NCBI GenBank assembly: GCA_003971905.1
Contig: RSEE01000015.1
Location: forward strand, 806,001-870,000
Reading direction: 5' to 3'
From: Moniliella sp. 'wahieum'
Lineage: Eukaryota
Length of the DNA: 64,000 bases
Part shown: positions 51,860-64,000 of the stretch, one piece after another
Numbering within the stretch: the first letter of the stretch is position 1
How the letters are laid out: each line of letters starts with the position of its first letter
Program-made: the position numbers and the translations under genes
Notes under the pieces: model-generated
What the model was told of the DNA's origin: nothing
The model's database searches: none
The model's input: only the letters and a program-made list of their open reading frames with translations

Positions 51860-53991
51860 ATGCCCACCGCCCCCTGGCTCCCGGCCCCCGCACTGGGGCT
51901 AGCCAGCTGGGTTGCCTCGGCCTCGGCCGGCAACTCACCGGCCGCACGCAAGGGCGCCCAGCCCTCGTCTGCCCGCTACACGGCATCCGCACATGCTGTG
52001 CGCACCGGATTCCGCAATCCCTGGCGCAGCTGGCACCACCCCAGCCCGCTCCAACTTTGGTCCGGGCTCCAGTGGGCGGTGGCGCTCAGGCGAGCCCCAG
52101 CCGCGCGGATCCAGTGCAAGAGACCGAACAGAACATGCCTGGTGAATGGGTTGACTCGCCCCTGTCTAGTGCCCGGCCCAGCTTGGACCAGGAGGAGAAA
52201 AGTTCGCCGCTGCTCACCCCGCCCCTGCAAGATCAGTCGGCAATGCACCAGGTCGCTACCCAATTCCTCACCTCGTGGCCCTCCTCACTTGGGCGAGACG
52301 AGACGCGAACTACGTGGATTGGTCATGCAAGTGTGCTGCTGGAACTGCCTGTTCCTTCTCCCAAAGATGGGGTACTACGTTTACTCTTTGACCCAATCTT
52401 CTCGGAGCGTTGCTCCCCCCACAGCGCTTTGGTCCACGTCGGTCTCTTGATGTGCCAATTGCAGTTGAAGACCTACCTCCGATTGATCTCGTTTTGATTT
52501 CCCACTCCCACTATGACCATTTGGACTTTGACACAATTGTCGCACTCCTTGCTGCGAACGGACCCAACATCAAGTTTTTTGTTCCCCTTGGAAACAAGGC
52601 GTGGTTCGTTTCTTCCCTGACAGAGCACGGATTGGAGGAGGATAATGTCCTCGAGTGCGACTGGTGGGATGAGGCGGTTCTTTCTTTCCCCCCAAGAAAG
52701 AAGCACACGGTTGAGGAGAAAATGGAGGAGGAGGAGGAGGAGGTAACCGTTAAGGTTACTTGCACCCCTGCTCAGCATGGATCCGGTCGAGCAGGGATCG
52801 ATGCCGATTCTACTTTGTGGAGCAGCTGGTATATTACCTACTCTCGTCCACCCATCGCTGCCGGTGACCAGGGCAAGAGCTTCCGTGCCTTCTTCGCTGG
52901 CGATACTGGTTTTCAATTCCACGACCCCGCTACAGCCAAAAAGGAGGACGGGACCGAAAGCGATTCGTCCCCCGTACCGTACAGGCCACATCGCCCTCCC
53001 CGGAGTCAAACTGCTGCGCCTAATCTAGGAGGGAAAAACTTCTCTCATCTCGTGGAGTCCAGAGTAAAGAAAGTTCACTCACTCCGCGGGGGTCTTTAAG
53101 TACGTTGAAGAGGAAGGACGCTCACCACGCACAGGCGAAGAACAGCCAGCCTCCGTTCTCTCTACCCAAACCACCTTTCGCTCGCTTGAGAGAGGACCGA
53201 CTACGTGACAAATCTTCTCCAACCGACAGCTCCGTTTCCTCAGAGGTGGAGGATCCACCTTTGCTCCACGATGCGACATCCCATTTCCCGCATAGACATG
53301 CGCATGCCCCACCCCGTCTGAATACCTCCGTCACTACTGTTTTTCCCGATTCTTCATCTTCGCCCGTGGCAATCGATTCTCCCGCCTCCGAGCTTCCCCT
53401 CCTATCCCCCCCAGGCCAAGACCCCGAGGTGAAAGGACTATGACCACTTTCCCTATCACTCGGGACAGGGGCTCAGGTCGTGTACCGCAAACGGAAGACA
53501 AGTACCCCCGTTGCCCCGCTTTTGAGGAGATTTCAACTCGCCTGGGTCCTCCCGATCTAAACATGCTTCCCATCAGTGTGGGCGCAACATTAAGTTTCCT
53601 TAAAGGGTTTGACCCATTCCCTGCGGGTTGGTCCCCTTTTCCCTGTGGCGTGCATGAGGGGGTGACGGCCGCGAACCACATGACACCGCGGGACGCGGTC
53701 CGCTGCTTCCGTCTTATGGACCTTCGCCGTCCAAGTGACCAGAACAGTCCTCCGGCTGTAGCCTTGGCCATCCATTGGGCTACCTTTGTGGGGGATCCGG
53801 ACGAAGCGCGCCGTTCTCTTCACCGCCTTCGCCAGGCCTGCCGCGACTGGCATGTCAACTTCGCTCGTTCATTAGATACGCCGCTCCCTGATAACCTATC
53901 CGGGAATGATCCCATCTTCCTTGCTATTAATCCAGGCGAGAATGTTGTTTTGCCTCTCCGCTTGGCCCCCTCGCCAAGACCCAAGGAGTGA
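51860..53991 (+). CDS. Metallo-beta-lactamase fold NAPE-PLD/Fmp30-like hydrolase
   Basis: GFRNPWRSW, TWIGHAS, FDPIFSERCSP, LISHSHYDHLD (HxHxDH), TPAQHGSGR, FFAGDTG, CPAFEEI, HMTPRDAV, AIHWATF. Confidence 0.9.
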
Positions 53992-56796
53992 TGCGCCCAT
54001 CTGCAATCGCTTTCCTCCTATTCGCCGTTCTGCCAACAGCAAATGTGTGTGTGCATTTCTATCATTTACAACAAGTGTTTTCAAATGGTAAGAGATGATG
54101 GGACTGGTTGTAATTGGTCGGGTCAGCGATTGCAGGCACACTTGATGCCCCTCGTTCAGAACGTTCATGCAGTTCATGGACGGGTATAGATTGAGCGAAA
54201 CGGGATCGGACATTTCCTGTTTGAAGTTATGGTGCCTCATCGCCGGCCTCAACACATTCACGGTGTTTTCAAAAATGGATTCGCCTACCACTTATTGCAC
54301 GACGGGGTCATCGACTCTTCGTCCGTCATGCGCGGGCGCCGCCAGGGGGCCCGCCCTGGGGGTTTAAGGGGTACAATCCCTCCGAGGTCCTAAGGTTCGA
54401 CTCACGGTAGTTACGCGCTTGGGCTGGTTGGTGGTTCCGAGCGGAGCTAGGGACAAGGAGAAGCCTCTCGGCGTATAGCAGAGGCGGCTGCAGGTGACCA
54501 TGGGGGAAAGCCACGAACCATTGCTAACAGACAGGGACTAAAGGGAAACAAGGCAACAGAGAAAGAACGGGGAGAACAGGGGAGAACAGGGGGGACGGCT
54601 GCCGCAAGGACAGCCTAGAAAGGTAAGGTAAACAGGCATGGGGCGTGTTAATGCGAGGACAAAGGCCTACGGAAAGAAGAAGACAGAGGGATGTGATCTA
54701 TTCCAAGAGAGGAGCCCGTTAGGGGCAGAACATAGAGGAGAGTCGGATAGAACAGCGCGATGCGTGATGCGTGATCAGCTGCATGCATGATGGCGCTGAC
54801 AGCCCCACCACGACTCGACGCTAGGATCCGACGAGATTGGAAGAGTGACAAATCAAGAGCCAGCTGGCTAGGAGGAATCTGAGCCGAAAATGGGCTTGAT
54901 GCGGGAAGTCTCCTCAGCCCCACCAGGATCCGGCGTGAGCGTGAGGTAGCGACCTACACTGGAGCGTTGAACCGTATACGGTAGGAGCTTGGTAAAATCA
55001 TTCGCGGGGTTCTCGGTTCCAAGAACCTTGTGCCACAAAATGCGTCCCGAATCGACATGCTCGCGGAACCAATGGTTGCGAATGTCCATATGACGAAGGC
55101 GTCCAATGAAACCAGGGCGAGAGATAATTGACAGGGCAACAGCCGAGTCGCTATAGAGATCCACCGGACAGTTGGAAGGTACTAGTTGAAGCTCGACCAT
55201 GAGGTTACGAATGCGGAGAGCGTCGCGGGCGCCCTCACTAATAGCCATCATCTCAGCTTCAGCGGTCGACATTGCCGTAGTGGTCTGCTGGGCGCTGCGC
55301 CAGTGCACTAGGGCGCCAAAAACAAACACAGCGACCCCTGTTACCGACTTGCGTGTGACCTTGTCGCCGCCCCAATCGCTATCGGTAAATACGGCAATAG
55401 GAGGTGCCGTTCGATTGATCCTGAGACGCAGAGACCAATCCAATGTACCACGGAGGTAGCGCAGGACATGTTGTGCGGCGCTGCGGTGTGCAGCAGAGGG
55501 ATCCTTGTTCCAACGACTGAGAAGATGTACGACAAATGACAGGTCGGGCCGGCAGGTCTGCGCGGCCCAGCTGAGGCTCTGCACAATCGATATATAGCGC
55601 TTATGCTCGGCGACAGTGGCAGGAGCTTCGTCTGGTGGACGTGGCGGGAGAGGTGTATCAGGATTGATAGGCAAACGAACAGGGTTGCACTCGAGCATGT
55701 CGGTGCGGGCGAGTAAAGCTAACAGAAATGCACGCTGGTCGCAGTCAAAATCATCAGGGCGAGTAACATAGTGCACACCCAGCATCTTACTGAGAGGACC
55801 CTTGTCGCCAATCTTGATGTTGAGACCGAGTTCGTCCATGAATGCGTCAAAAGCAGCTTGGGACGGGGCCATGGCCATTCCGTCATCACAGTATATTGCG
55901 AGCATGATGGTCGTATTCGCTCGTTTGCGTATCCATACGTCCTGTTCTGTTACCGTCGAGCGGAAACCAATATCTCGTAGCTTGCTGGCGAGGTGGCGGT
56001 GCCACGCAGCGCCGGAGGCTGCAAGGCCATAGAGGGACTTCTTGAGTCGCCAAACGTTTGCTTTGTCGGTGAGAAAACGATCGGGAGGCTTAACGTATAC
56101 CTCATAGGGAATGGGTGCATGGAGATATGCACTCTTGCAGTCAAAATAATATGCCTGGAGGCCTTGCGCTTTACCTCCCACGGCTACGGTGCGAAAAGAC
56201 TGATGTGCTGCGCCACTCGAGAATGTGAGGGCCTTGGGCAACTCACTTGTATCCTCCTGGTTTCCTTGAACCACAATACGGGCTTTCCGTTTGAGGAACA
56301 TATTCTCTGGGTGACGCCAACACTGTAGACGGTGCGGGCACCCAAGATCTTCGTTCCGGCCGGAGGGCGTGGCACTTCTTCAAAGGCATCCATGGATCTG
56401 AGCCCGTCAAGCTCAATGTGTTCGGCCTGGCGCCACTGGGGCCACTCAGAGGTGGCCATTGCTTCACGCTCGGTCCGAGGGGCAAGGGGCACACCGTCAG
56501 CAGTGGTGCCGACAGTCGGGGGAGGGATGCGGAAACGGCGTTGCCGGCGGGGAATGGCTTTCTTTTTCGGGCTTGGTGTAAGGGATGCGGTGGCAGGATC
56601 AGGGGAAGAAACAGTAATAGTAGGGGGGATTGGGTGGGACAAAGGGGGATGACGCGCGGTGCGCGCATGGCCCGTTGGGCTCCAATCGGGATCAAGCTCG
56701 GCTGGCGGCTCATCCGTCAAGGGAGGCGCATGCGCATCCTTGGGTTGATAGAAATCAGGGGGGCGACGCGCCCGAGCCGGATTGCGACGGGGGCAG

Positions 56797-56860
56797 CTTC
56801 AGCCCCACCAGGCGTGGAAACTTCAGCCCCACCAGATGTGGAAACTTCAGCCCCACCAGG
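56797..56860. repeat. 24-bp tandem repeat, ~3 copies, in the copia IN-RT linker
   Basis: cttcagccccaccag...gtggaaa repeats encoding GGAEVST. Confidence 0.85.
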
Positions 56861-59800
56861 TGTATCCGGACGGTCGCGAAGCCCATCCGGTGGCGTACCC
56901 GGCAACGATTGGGCCTGGCGTATCGCCAGCCCGGGGTTTGTGGGATCCCACATGACGTCGGTGCACCACGCCCTGTACGAGCTGTGGCCGTCTTCTGTGA
57001 TAAACTCAAATTCGTATCCCTTGGAGCCGAGCGGATCGAATCCGACTAGCATGCCAGGGCGGGCGCGCGGCGCGGCGCGGTGGCCGCGCTCGGGACCTAA
57101 CAAAGTACACCAGCCGGCCGCACCCCAGGGTGCCCCAAAATAAGAGCTGCGTGGGAGGGGGCGGTCGTGATAGCGTTCAAATGGTGAGGGGGCGCCCAAT
57201 GCGGCCGACACACTAACGTTGGCATACAAAGCTGCCGCGACAGCGCGTCGGCCCAGTACTGAGACGGTGCGCGGGCGCCGGCGAGGAGGACGCGGGTACG
57301 CTCCTGTATAGTGCGAGCGGCGCGCTCGGCGTGGCCATTCTGCTGGGAGGTGTAGGGGGTGGTGGTGGTGTGCTGGATCGGTGCATGACCGGCAGCAGTG
57401 AGGAGGTGCGGGACACGGGAAAACTCAGTACCGCCATCGTGTGGAGACGGAAAAGACTGGCGCCGTGGCGGGCGAGGAGGCGGCGCTCCTCGAGGAGAAT
57501 TAAGTTGGCTAGTGCCATTGCAGCGTCGCTCTTGCGCACCAGCGGAATGGCCCAGAGATAGCCGGTGCAGTCGTCGACTACGACAAGTAAATTGCGCTCA
57601 CCCTTCAGCCCCGTCGGCCAATCTGTCACTAGATCGGCATGCAAGTGCGCCAGTGGGGCAGCTGCACGTGCCGTGTGGCTCTCAGGGAACGGGCGTCGGG
57701 TGCCCCGCCCCGCCGCGCACGCCTGACAAACGCAGGCCGCGTCGGCCTCGGCTGCATGGGCCTGGTGGAAGTGATGCGTTGCGCAACTGGCCCCGTGGCC
57801 GTGAGGCGGGGAAGCTGGCGCCAACCAACATGACCATGGCGGGCATGAGCAGCCAGTATCCGGGTATAGTCGGCCACGGCGGCACGGGCGTGGGCTTGAA
57901 TGGGGACGTTGGGGACGTCGCAGTGGTAATCAACCACATAGCCATTAGCGATACGGTCGTAGCGAGCAACAATTGCGGGATCGCTATGGATAACAGCGCC
58001 TTGGCGGTGTGCAAGGAACTCTACTCGATGACCAGCGGCATTTGCCTGCGGTACAGAGAGTAAGTCATGGTCTAACTGGGGGACAAGCAAGCAGTACAAG
58101 TCAAGGATGCATTCAGTTTGGACTGTGGAAGCCGGGATCGAACCCGCTTCACCCCACAGCCTGTCACCGCAAGCTTCCTGGACGCGCCAGCCAACTCAAC
58201 CCACCCAGTCGCAGGCTCGAGGAAAATGAAACCCTCGGGCGAGCGGACCATGCTCGGCGTCGCGCCGCTGTCAACTACCAGCTTGTGGAGCGCAGACGCA
58301 GTGGTGGGTGGTGGCAACCCCTGTGACAGGGCTGCCGCGAGTTCCTACTGGCGATCAGGAGGCGGAAAGAAACGGGGGCTAGGCCTTGCGCGTTCGCGGT
58401 AGGGCTAGTTGGCTGTGGGAATGCCGGAGCTGGTAAAACCAGAGGTGAGGGGTAGTACGTCGGCATATAGCCGGGCGAGTACATCGGTGGCGGAGGGGTT
58501 CCTCCTGCCTGGGCGTAGCGACTAACTGCTGTGGCCGAATGGGAAGTATTGGAGTTATTCGAGCTGCTCGACATCGGCATGTTCTTCAACTCCGGATGCA
58601 GTGACCAGCATTGGGCCTCTGCGTGTCTGCCATTGGGGTGAAGACGGCAGGTACCATTGCGCTCTGCGCGCCCTCCTTTGCCCTTGTGCGAGGAAACAGC
58701 CTTGGTGACGAGCACTGTGTCCTCGATGTTCAAGAACTGCAGCGCTTGGCTCCGGGTCTTGCCCTGGAGCTGTTGCTCTTCACGCGATTCGGCTCAGGGC
58801 AGCTATTGGCAAGAACGCTCCAGGCACGAACGCTGAGCGGGAGTCCAATCATTTCACCCATACCCACGATCCGCTCGATGCGGGCAAGGAACTTCCGCGC
58901 CGTCTCATGCGCCGCAGGCTTAAGTGTGTCCAGGCGGGAACTGACATCACTCTCAAGTTTGACCTGGGTGGGACGATTGCGCTCGCACATCTTGCGGTAC
59001 AGGCCTGAGGCCGAACCGCAGGCAACATGACTCTGCGTGGTCGAGTCACATTTGGTCAAAAGGACATGCTCGAGCCGCCTGTCGATCAGCTCTTCCTCAG
59101 GGGAAGAGGGGCCGTTGACGACTAGGTTCAGGAACTGGTATGCCGAGAGCTGGTTGCGCGTATCATAGTCATAATCAAGCCAGTGCGTCGTTCCGAGTTC
59201 CCAGGAGGGTAAGCTGTTTCCTTTAGCCAGCGCCCTAATCATCTCCTCCTCCACAGAACGTGTCTGATGAGAAGGGATTTCCAGAGGTGGGAAAGTGTCA
59301 ACACTGCTGGGGCTGTGGGCAGATGTTCGAACTGGGGGAAACCAATTGGGAATCAGCGCCGCGGTACCTTGAATGCGGTACTTGCGGGCAAAGTAAGCAA
59401 ATTCGTGCATGAATGCGAGGTCGTGAATCGCATCTTGTGCCTGTTCCGTAGACCACTCGGGGTGTAAATCTTGAAGATGCAACAGGAACATGAGCTCATG
59501 GTGGGTTAGGTTGGTTTTCGGGGAGTGATTTCCTTCGACAGAGGGGGGGGTGCCATCGTGGGCAATTTGGGCGTCTTCACCGTCCAGACGCTCGGGGGCG
59601 GCGGGGGTGGCGTGGGGAACTGCAGGCTCCTCTTGGGTAGCCTCGACACGAGGAATGGAAACTGCGGCAGACATGCTTTCGGCGCGCGGGTTACGCTTCT
59701 TCTTGGAAAGGGGTGGAAAAGCAGTATCGGCTCCGGAACGGAGACCAGGCATTCTGCCGTGTGGGGTGGGGTAGGTGGGAAAAAAATATAAGTAGGGCTC

Positions 59801-59909
59801 AGGCGGGCAGACGAGAGAGGTGTAGTCTCCGCCTACTCAGAGGATAGTGTGGGCTCAACCTGTTAATGCGAGGACAAAGGCCTACGGAAAGAAGAAGACA
59901 GAGGGAGGT

Positions 59910-60770
59910 TGTCACGGGGGGGTCCCGAGGTGGGACCCCCCCTGTAGTTTAGGGTATAAACCCTTGGACAGGTCAATCGGTGGCTCGTACGTTAGGTCCT
60001 GCTCCAGATCCTGGTTGAACCGAGCGGGTGTAGAGGCTAGGGAGAGACCCTCTAGTTTGGGTGGCTGCCTGCGTGCAAAGGCCGCAGTCCAGACCCTCCG
60101 AGGTAGGAGCCGTGTACGTAGGTCGTTAGACCAGCTGAAGGGGTCCAGGAGCTCCGGAGCTACTCTGTTCCTCGCCGCGTTACCACACTCGGTACGCTGT
60201 AGCCGGCGGGAACAGACAGAGTCCTAAAGAAGAGCAAGCGCTACTGATGTGAGTAACCGCGGCTTGCAGTGCACTCGACGTAAGTCGTAAATTCGTAAGC
60301 GTAAGGGTGGTAGAAGGTGGAAGGGCGAGAGAGGAACTGGTAGTCGGGGAGACCAACGGTAATAGACAGGATGGTCGACCAGGACCACAGCTAGCAAGCC
60401 TTAGACATGGCTGCTTATATACACCACAGCAGAAGGAACCAGGCCTCGAGTGCCTCATGACAAGTATGGACAGAATGCGGGGCACTTCCCAGAAAGGTAA
60501 AGACTAATGTACAGCCCTTGCTTCCCAAGGCGCTGACGCTGCGTAGTCGGGCGCAGCAGTAAGGGTTCTGCCAAGACTGGACGCAATAGTCACAAAGCAT
60601 CGTACCGATAAGCCCATGCGACCATGGCGGGCCGCGGATGATATCCGCAGCAAGGATAAGGTGTCGACTGGCTCTCTCTCGCTAGTCTATCCGGACTGAC
60701 GCGTGTTGTACTGAGATGTCTACGACATGCGGGGCTCAGCGTCCGGAGATAACCGGAGCGCCCCGTAACA
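59910..60770. mobile_element. 861-bp solo LTR (probably Ty3/gypsy-type) inserted in the copia 5' LTR
   Basis: TGTCACGGGG...CCCCGTAACA terminal inverted repeat; perfect TSD GAGGT at 59905-59909 and 60771-60775; no coding capacity. Confidence 0.88.
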
Positions 60771-61352
60771 GAGGTGATGGATCTATTCCAAGAGGGCCCG
60801 TTAGGGGCAGAACATAGAGGAGAGTCGGATAGAACAGCGCGATGCGTGATGCGTGATCAGCTGCATGCATGATGGCGCTGACAGGGCGACTATGTCGCTT
60901 GGATGCGTAGACGTGATGATCGCGCTAGCGGTTAGCATCATCTCGGGATCTTTCGTAAAGGATCCACAAGAAAGAGTTTAGCATTTTGATTCCGGAGTTT
61001 ATTCCCAGCGGGCCCTAGGTGCTCTTACCAGCCGGAAACAGAGAGGGCGGTGATGCTGGGAACGTGAAGGGTGGCGGCCGGAGTAAGGTGTTTGCTGGCG
61101 GGGCAGAAAGACTGCCGACTGCCAGCAGCCCAGCATCGCCACTCCCTACAGATCTCAGACCCTTCCAAGGCCATGGACGAGAGGGGGTAGGAATGCCCGA
61201 GAGGCGCAGGCGGCTGCCATCGACATCATCACACGCTCCTTGTTTCAATCAGGCCTCAGGCGCTATCACGTGGGGGTGGGGGAGAGGGACCCGTGGCGCG
61301 TGACGCGTGACGCGTGACGCGTGACGCTGAATAGAACGTTGAACGTTCAAGT

Positions 61353-64000
61353 TTGATTTTCAAGCCACTTGCGTTCTCTGGCAGCAATTTGCGCTTTGAG
61401 CTTCGAGCGCCCACTACCGCGCCTGGCTGTTCCATCGGCGCCCCCGAACCGGCATCAACCTTCAACCAACCAATGCTACCGTCGCGATCAGATGAAGTGC
61501 CTTTCCACCGACCCCGAAAGCACACAGATGACCCCGGAGCATTCCCACCACTCCGTGGCCGCAGTGCTGAGCTGGCCTCAACGCCCCGCACCCGCCAGGC
61601 GCACGTGGAAAGCGCCGAGCTAGTCCAGCAAACACAGCAGCTGCAACTCGAGAATGCGCTCCAACCTCCGGCATCCCCGTCTGATGCGCCTGAGCAGAGC
61701 CATACCATCAGCGAGTTTGAAGCCGAAGCCAGCTCCGACGCTTTGGTCTCTCTCCTCACAGTCTTCCCTGAGCACCCCTCGACATCCTTGAGGACGCCCT
61801 CACTACCGCCCATGGCGACTTCAATGCCGCCCTCGATATCCTCTTCGCCGCCCAAGAGGGAGTTGGCGCCGCATCACCGAGATCTCCTTCTTCTTCTCTC
61901 TGTGCAAGAATCTGAAGATGCAGAAGGGGAACAGGAACTGGATGCGGTCCCCATGCGGCCCATACACCTTCCTACTGCGCCATCCCGCCGCGCTGCGCAA
62001 ACCCAGCGCAGCCCGCTTGTTTTGGACACCAGTGTCTCATCTTCCTCAGCGCAGTCCCCTTATCTTATAAGTCAGAGTTCGTCAGCTCTCACTTCACCGA
62101 TACCGCCTCAGTCGTCCCTTCCATCATCCCTGGCTTCGCCGGTCTGCTGTCCACCTGTCCCTCCCCAGTCTCCCCCACCACACTTCGCCTGCCATGTCAG
62201 TTGGAGGGGGCGGTGATGCGCGTTCGCAAGTCTCCAAGAAGAAGAAGAAGGGTGCCACCGTGGTTCGTATGGGGAATGTAAGGCAAGGCGGGACAGATTT
62301 GGCCCTCCCCAAGCCGAAGGGAAAGGGCCAGTCCAGAAAGGGGAAAGCAGAAAAACTCGTCAAGGGAACTGATTTGCCTTCATCCCTCCTCCCTCGTGGC
62401 ACAGGAGGGGGAGTCAGATGAAGCGTTTGCGCTTCGTCTGTCTCGCGAGCGACCCACCGGCCCAGTCCCTGGGAGCGAGCATACGGCAAACTTGTTACGG
62501 ACAATGAGTGGGCTTTCGCTTCCTCCATCCTTGACCAACTCGGTTCTCTCCTCCTCCCCCCTCTCCCGAACAGGCATGGCGGAAAGCCCTTCTGTGACCT
62601 ATCGAAAATTTGGACTGGACTTGGCTGAGACTGTGCGTGTGGTGGTCCACTCTTCCTCCGAGAAGGCCCCGCCAAATTGCGCCAAAATTCCGCCTCAAGG
62701 GAAAGAGTGGAGTCCCGAGGTACATGTCCTGGCTGCTATGGTAGCACAACCGGTACAGTTGGCGGGCGTAGTCTTTCGCGCTGTGCGAGCGCAGGAGGAC
62801 GAGGCGCTTGACCTGCTGAACCTGTTAAAGTCCGTACACGGTTGGCGCAAAGCAACCGGCCGTGCCCCCCAAGAGCTTCCAGATGCAGGCTGGCTCGGAC
62901 TTGGACTTGCCGAACCCAACACTTGCGCATCTCTTAGAGCGCACGCACACGGAACAGTACCACCTAATGAAGCTACCGAACGATGGCCCGCCCGCGACTG
63001 GGCTTTCCACCGCGTCCACGACCGAGAAGGGCAACTCGGACCCTACTGGCGCCGATTTCGTCCGTGTCGATGCACCTCTGTGCGAGTGGTAAAGCAAGTC
63101 AAGCCAGGTGAGGGCGCCTTTACTTTCACGGGCAAGAAGCACAATGGTACCTTTTCTGGTCGATCAGGCAGTAAGGTGGCCCGCGAAGAGGAGGAGACGC
63201 TGTTAGACAAGCTCTCCCGAGCCCCGATCGTATCGCTACCATCGGCCAGCGGCAGGGCCACAGACGCGCTGGCGTGCCTGCGGCCGTGGCGGCGCGCCAA
63301 CCCTCGAGTTCACCCGGGGGAGGTAGTGGGGGGGGGATACACGTACGAACAGTGCAGGCAGATGGAGGCCACGGCACGGAAGGCTCGTACTGAGGCGCTT
63401 CAGTCTGCAGCTGCTGCGCATTCGGGCAAGGCCCTGGAGTTAAGGGCAAGGCGGCCAATTTGGCCCGGGGGGGTGCCAGCGCACACCATGCCCAGCGCGC
63501 TCAGGAGCTGGATGCAGAAATCAAGTTATGGAGTGCGCGGGCCGCCCATGCGTTGGTTGCCATGCGCCAAGACGGAACGGGTCACGTCAACCATTCCTCC
63601 AGCCAAGGGGTGAGGTGATTGATCTCCACCACCCTCTCTCACTGAGGCCATGACGGTGACGAGGGACTTGTTGCGGGATTGGGACACACGAGCCAGGGCA
63701 GGACAGGTAAGGGTGACCTGCAGATTATTACGGTGTAGGTCGACACTCGCCCAAGAACGTTGCAGTCATCAAAACCCAACATATGGCGCTTCTGGACGGG
63801 AAGGGTACCACTATGATGTAAACCATGGTGTCTCACCGTCCGTCCAGGAGGAGGTGAACGCACTCCCGCATTGTATTATTCGTATACACGTTTCATTCAG
63901 CCACACTCTGCATGTACGCCTCTATACCTACCCGGCAGGTATGGGACAGACTGGTTTCGGGGGTTGCCCATTAGCTTGAATGGGCGACGAGCGTACCAGT
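61353..64000 (+). mobile_element. Possible Mutator/MULE-like transposase gene, truncated by window end
   Basis: Long fragmented ORFs. CRCTSVRVVK...FTGKKHNG resembles the WRKY/GCM1-type C..HN finger. YHYDVNH...RLYT...GFGGCPLA resembles the MULE first-Asp D.TH..LYT..G.PLA block. Pattern recognition only. Confidence 0.35.

Larger units (their letters stand above)
54646..60883 (-). mobile_element. Full-length Ty1/copia LTR retrotransposon (5' LTR interrupted)
   Basis: ~156-bp LTRs (54646-54801; 59861-60883 with insert); perfect TSD GGGCG; PBS GGTTGAGCCC resembling the half-tRNAiMet PBS; gag, PR VVDSGAT, IN (HARHGH..CQAC, LHADL, VVDDCT), RT (KKSLYGL, YCDD), RH (TDSDWGG, STAEAE, NPANDFTK). Confidence 0.93.
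54324..60937. mobile_element. Putative outer solo LTR (relative of the 59910-60770 LTR) split by the copia insertion
   Basis: 54324-54645 shares blocks with the 861-bp LTR (gttta.ggg.ta.aa.ccct; ccgagcgg..gctaggga; aacagacag..ctaaag; agaaaggtaa); candidate TSD TCGTC/TCATC; ends are degenerate. Confidence 0.45.

Noticed and set aside
23778..53991. Frameshifts in RPS23, RPL27, nrc-2, esterase and others as pseudogenisation or programmed frameshifting
   Set aside because: They are pervasive, often at homopolymers, and hit otherwise highly conserved genes. Uncorrected long-read indels are the simpler explanation.

Overview
This is eukaryotic, intron-containing DNA, most consistent with a basidiomycete fungus: GTRHGT donors, CTRAC branch points, YAG acceptors, intron-containing tRNAs and a basidiomycete-like RPS23. 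Many conserved genes (RPL27, RPS23, Nrc-2 kinase) carry apparent single-base frameshifts, often at homopolymers, so the assembly probably holds uncorrected long-read indels and CDS limits are approximate. Host genes: Pep7/Vac1-like FYVE protein, hexose transporter, a head-to-head RPS23/RPL27 pair, type-B carboxylesterase, Nrc-2/Kin82-type AGC kinase, Rsm1/NIPA-like C3HC protein, histidine acid phosphatase, LtrA-like membrane protein, PGM-family phosphatase, NAPE-PLD-like MBL hydrolase, tRNA-Ser(GCT) and tRNA-Leu(AAG). Mobile DNA: a CMC/EnSpm-like transposase with a divergent accessory ORF, two 5'-truncated CRE/Cnl1-like RLE retroposons, two full-length Ty1/copia elements with TSDs (one in a nested LTR stack), solo LTRs, and a possible MULE at the right edge. 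The most striking unexplained signal is in the intergenic DNA. Most promoter regions carry 7-bp-periodic tandem arrays of many different odd palindromes of one form, xy-T-N-A-y'x' (GGTGACC, CCTCAGG, CGTGACG, CTTGAAG, AGTCACT, CATGATG, GATGATC, TCTGAGA, TGTCACA, GTTGAAC). One local duplication shows such an array gained or lost at a TCA site. This points to a sequence-generating process or a promoter code rather than ordinary microsatellites.
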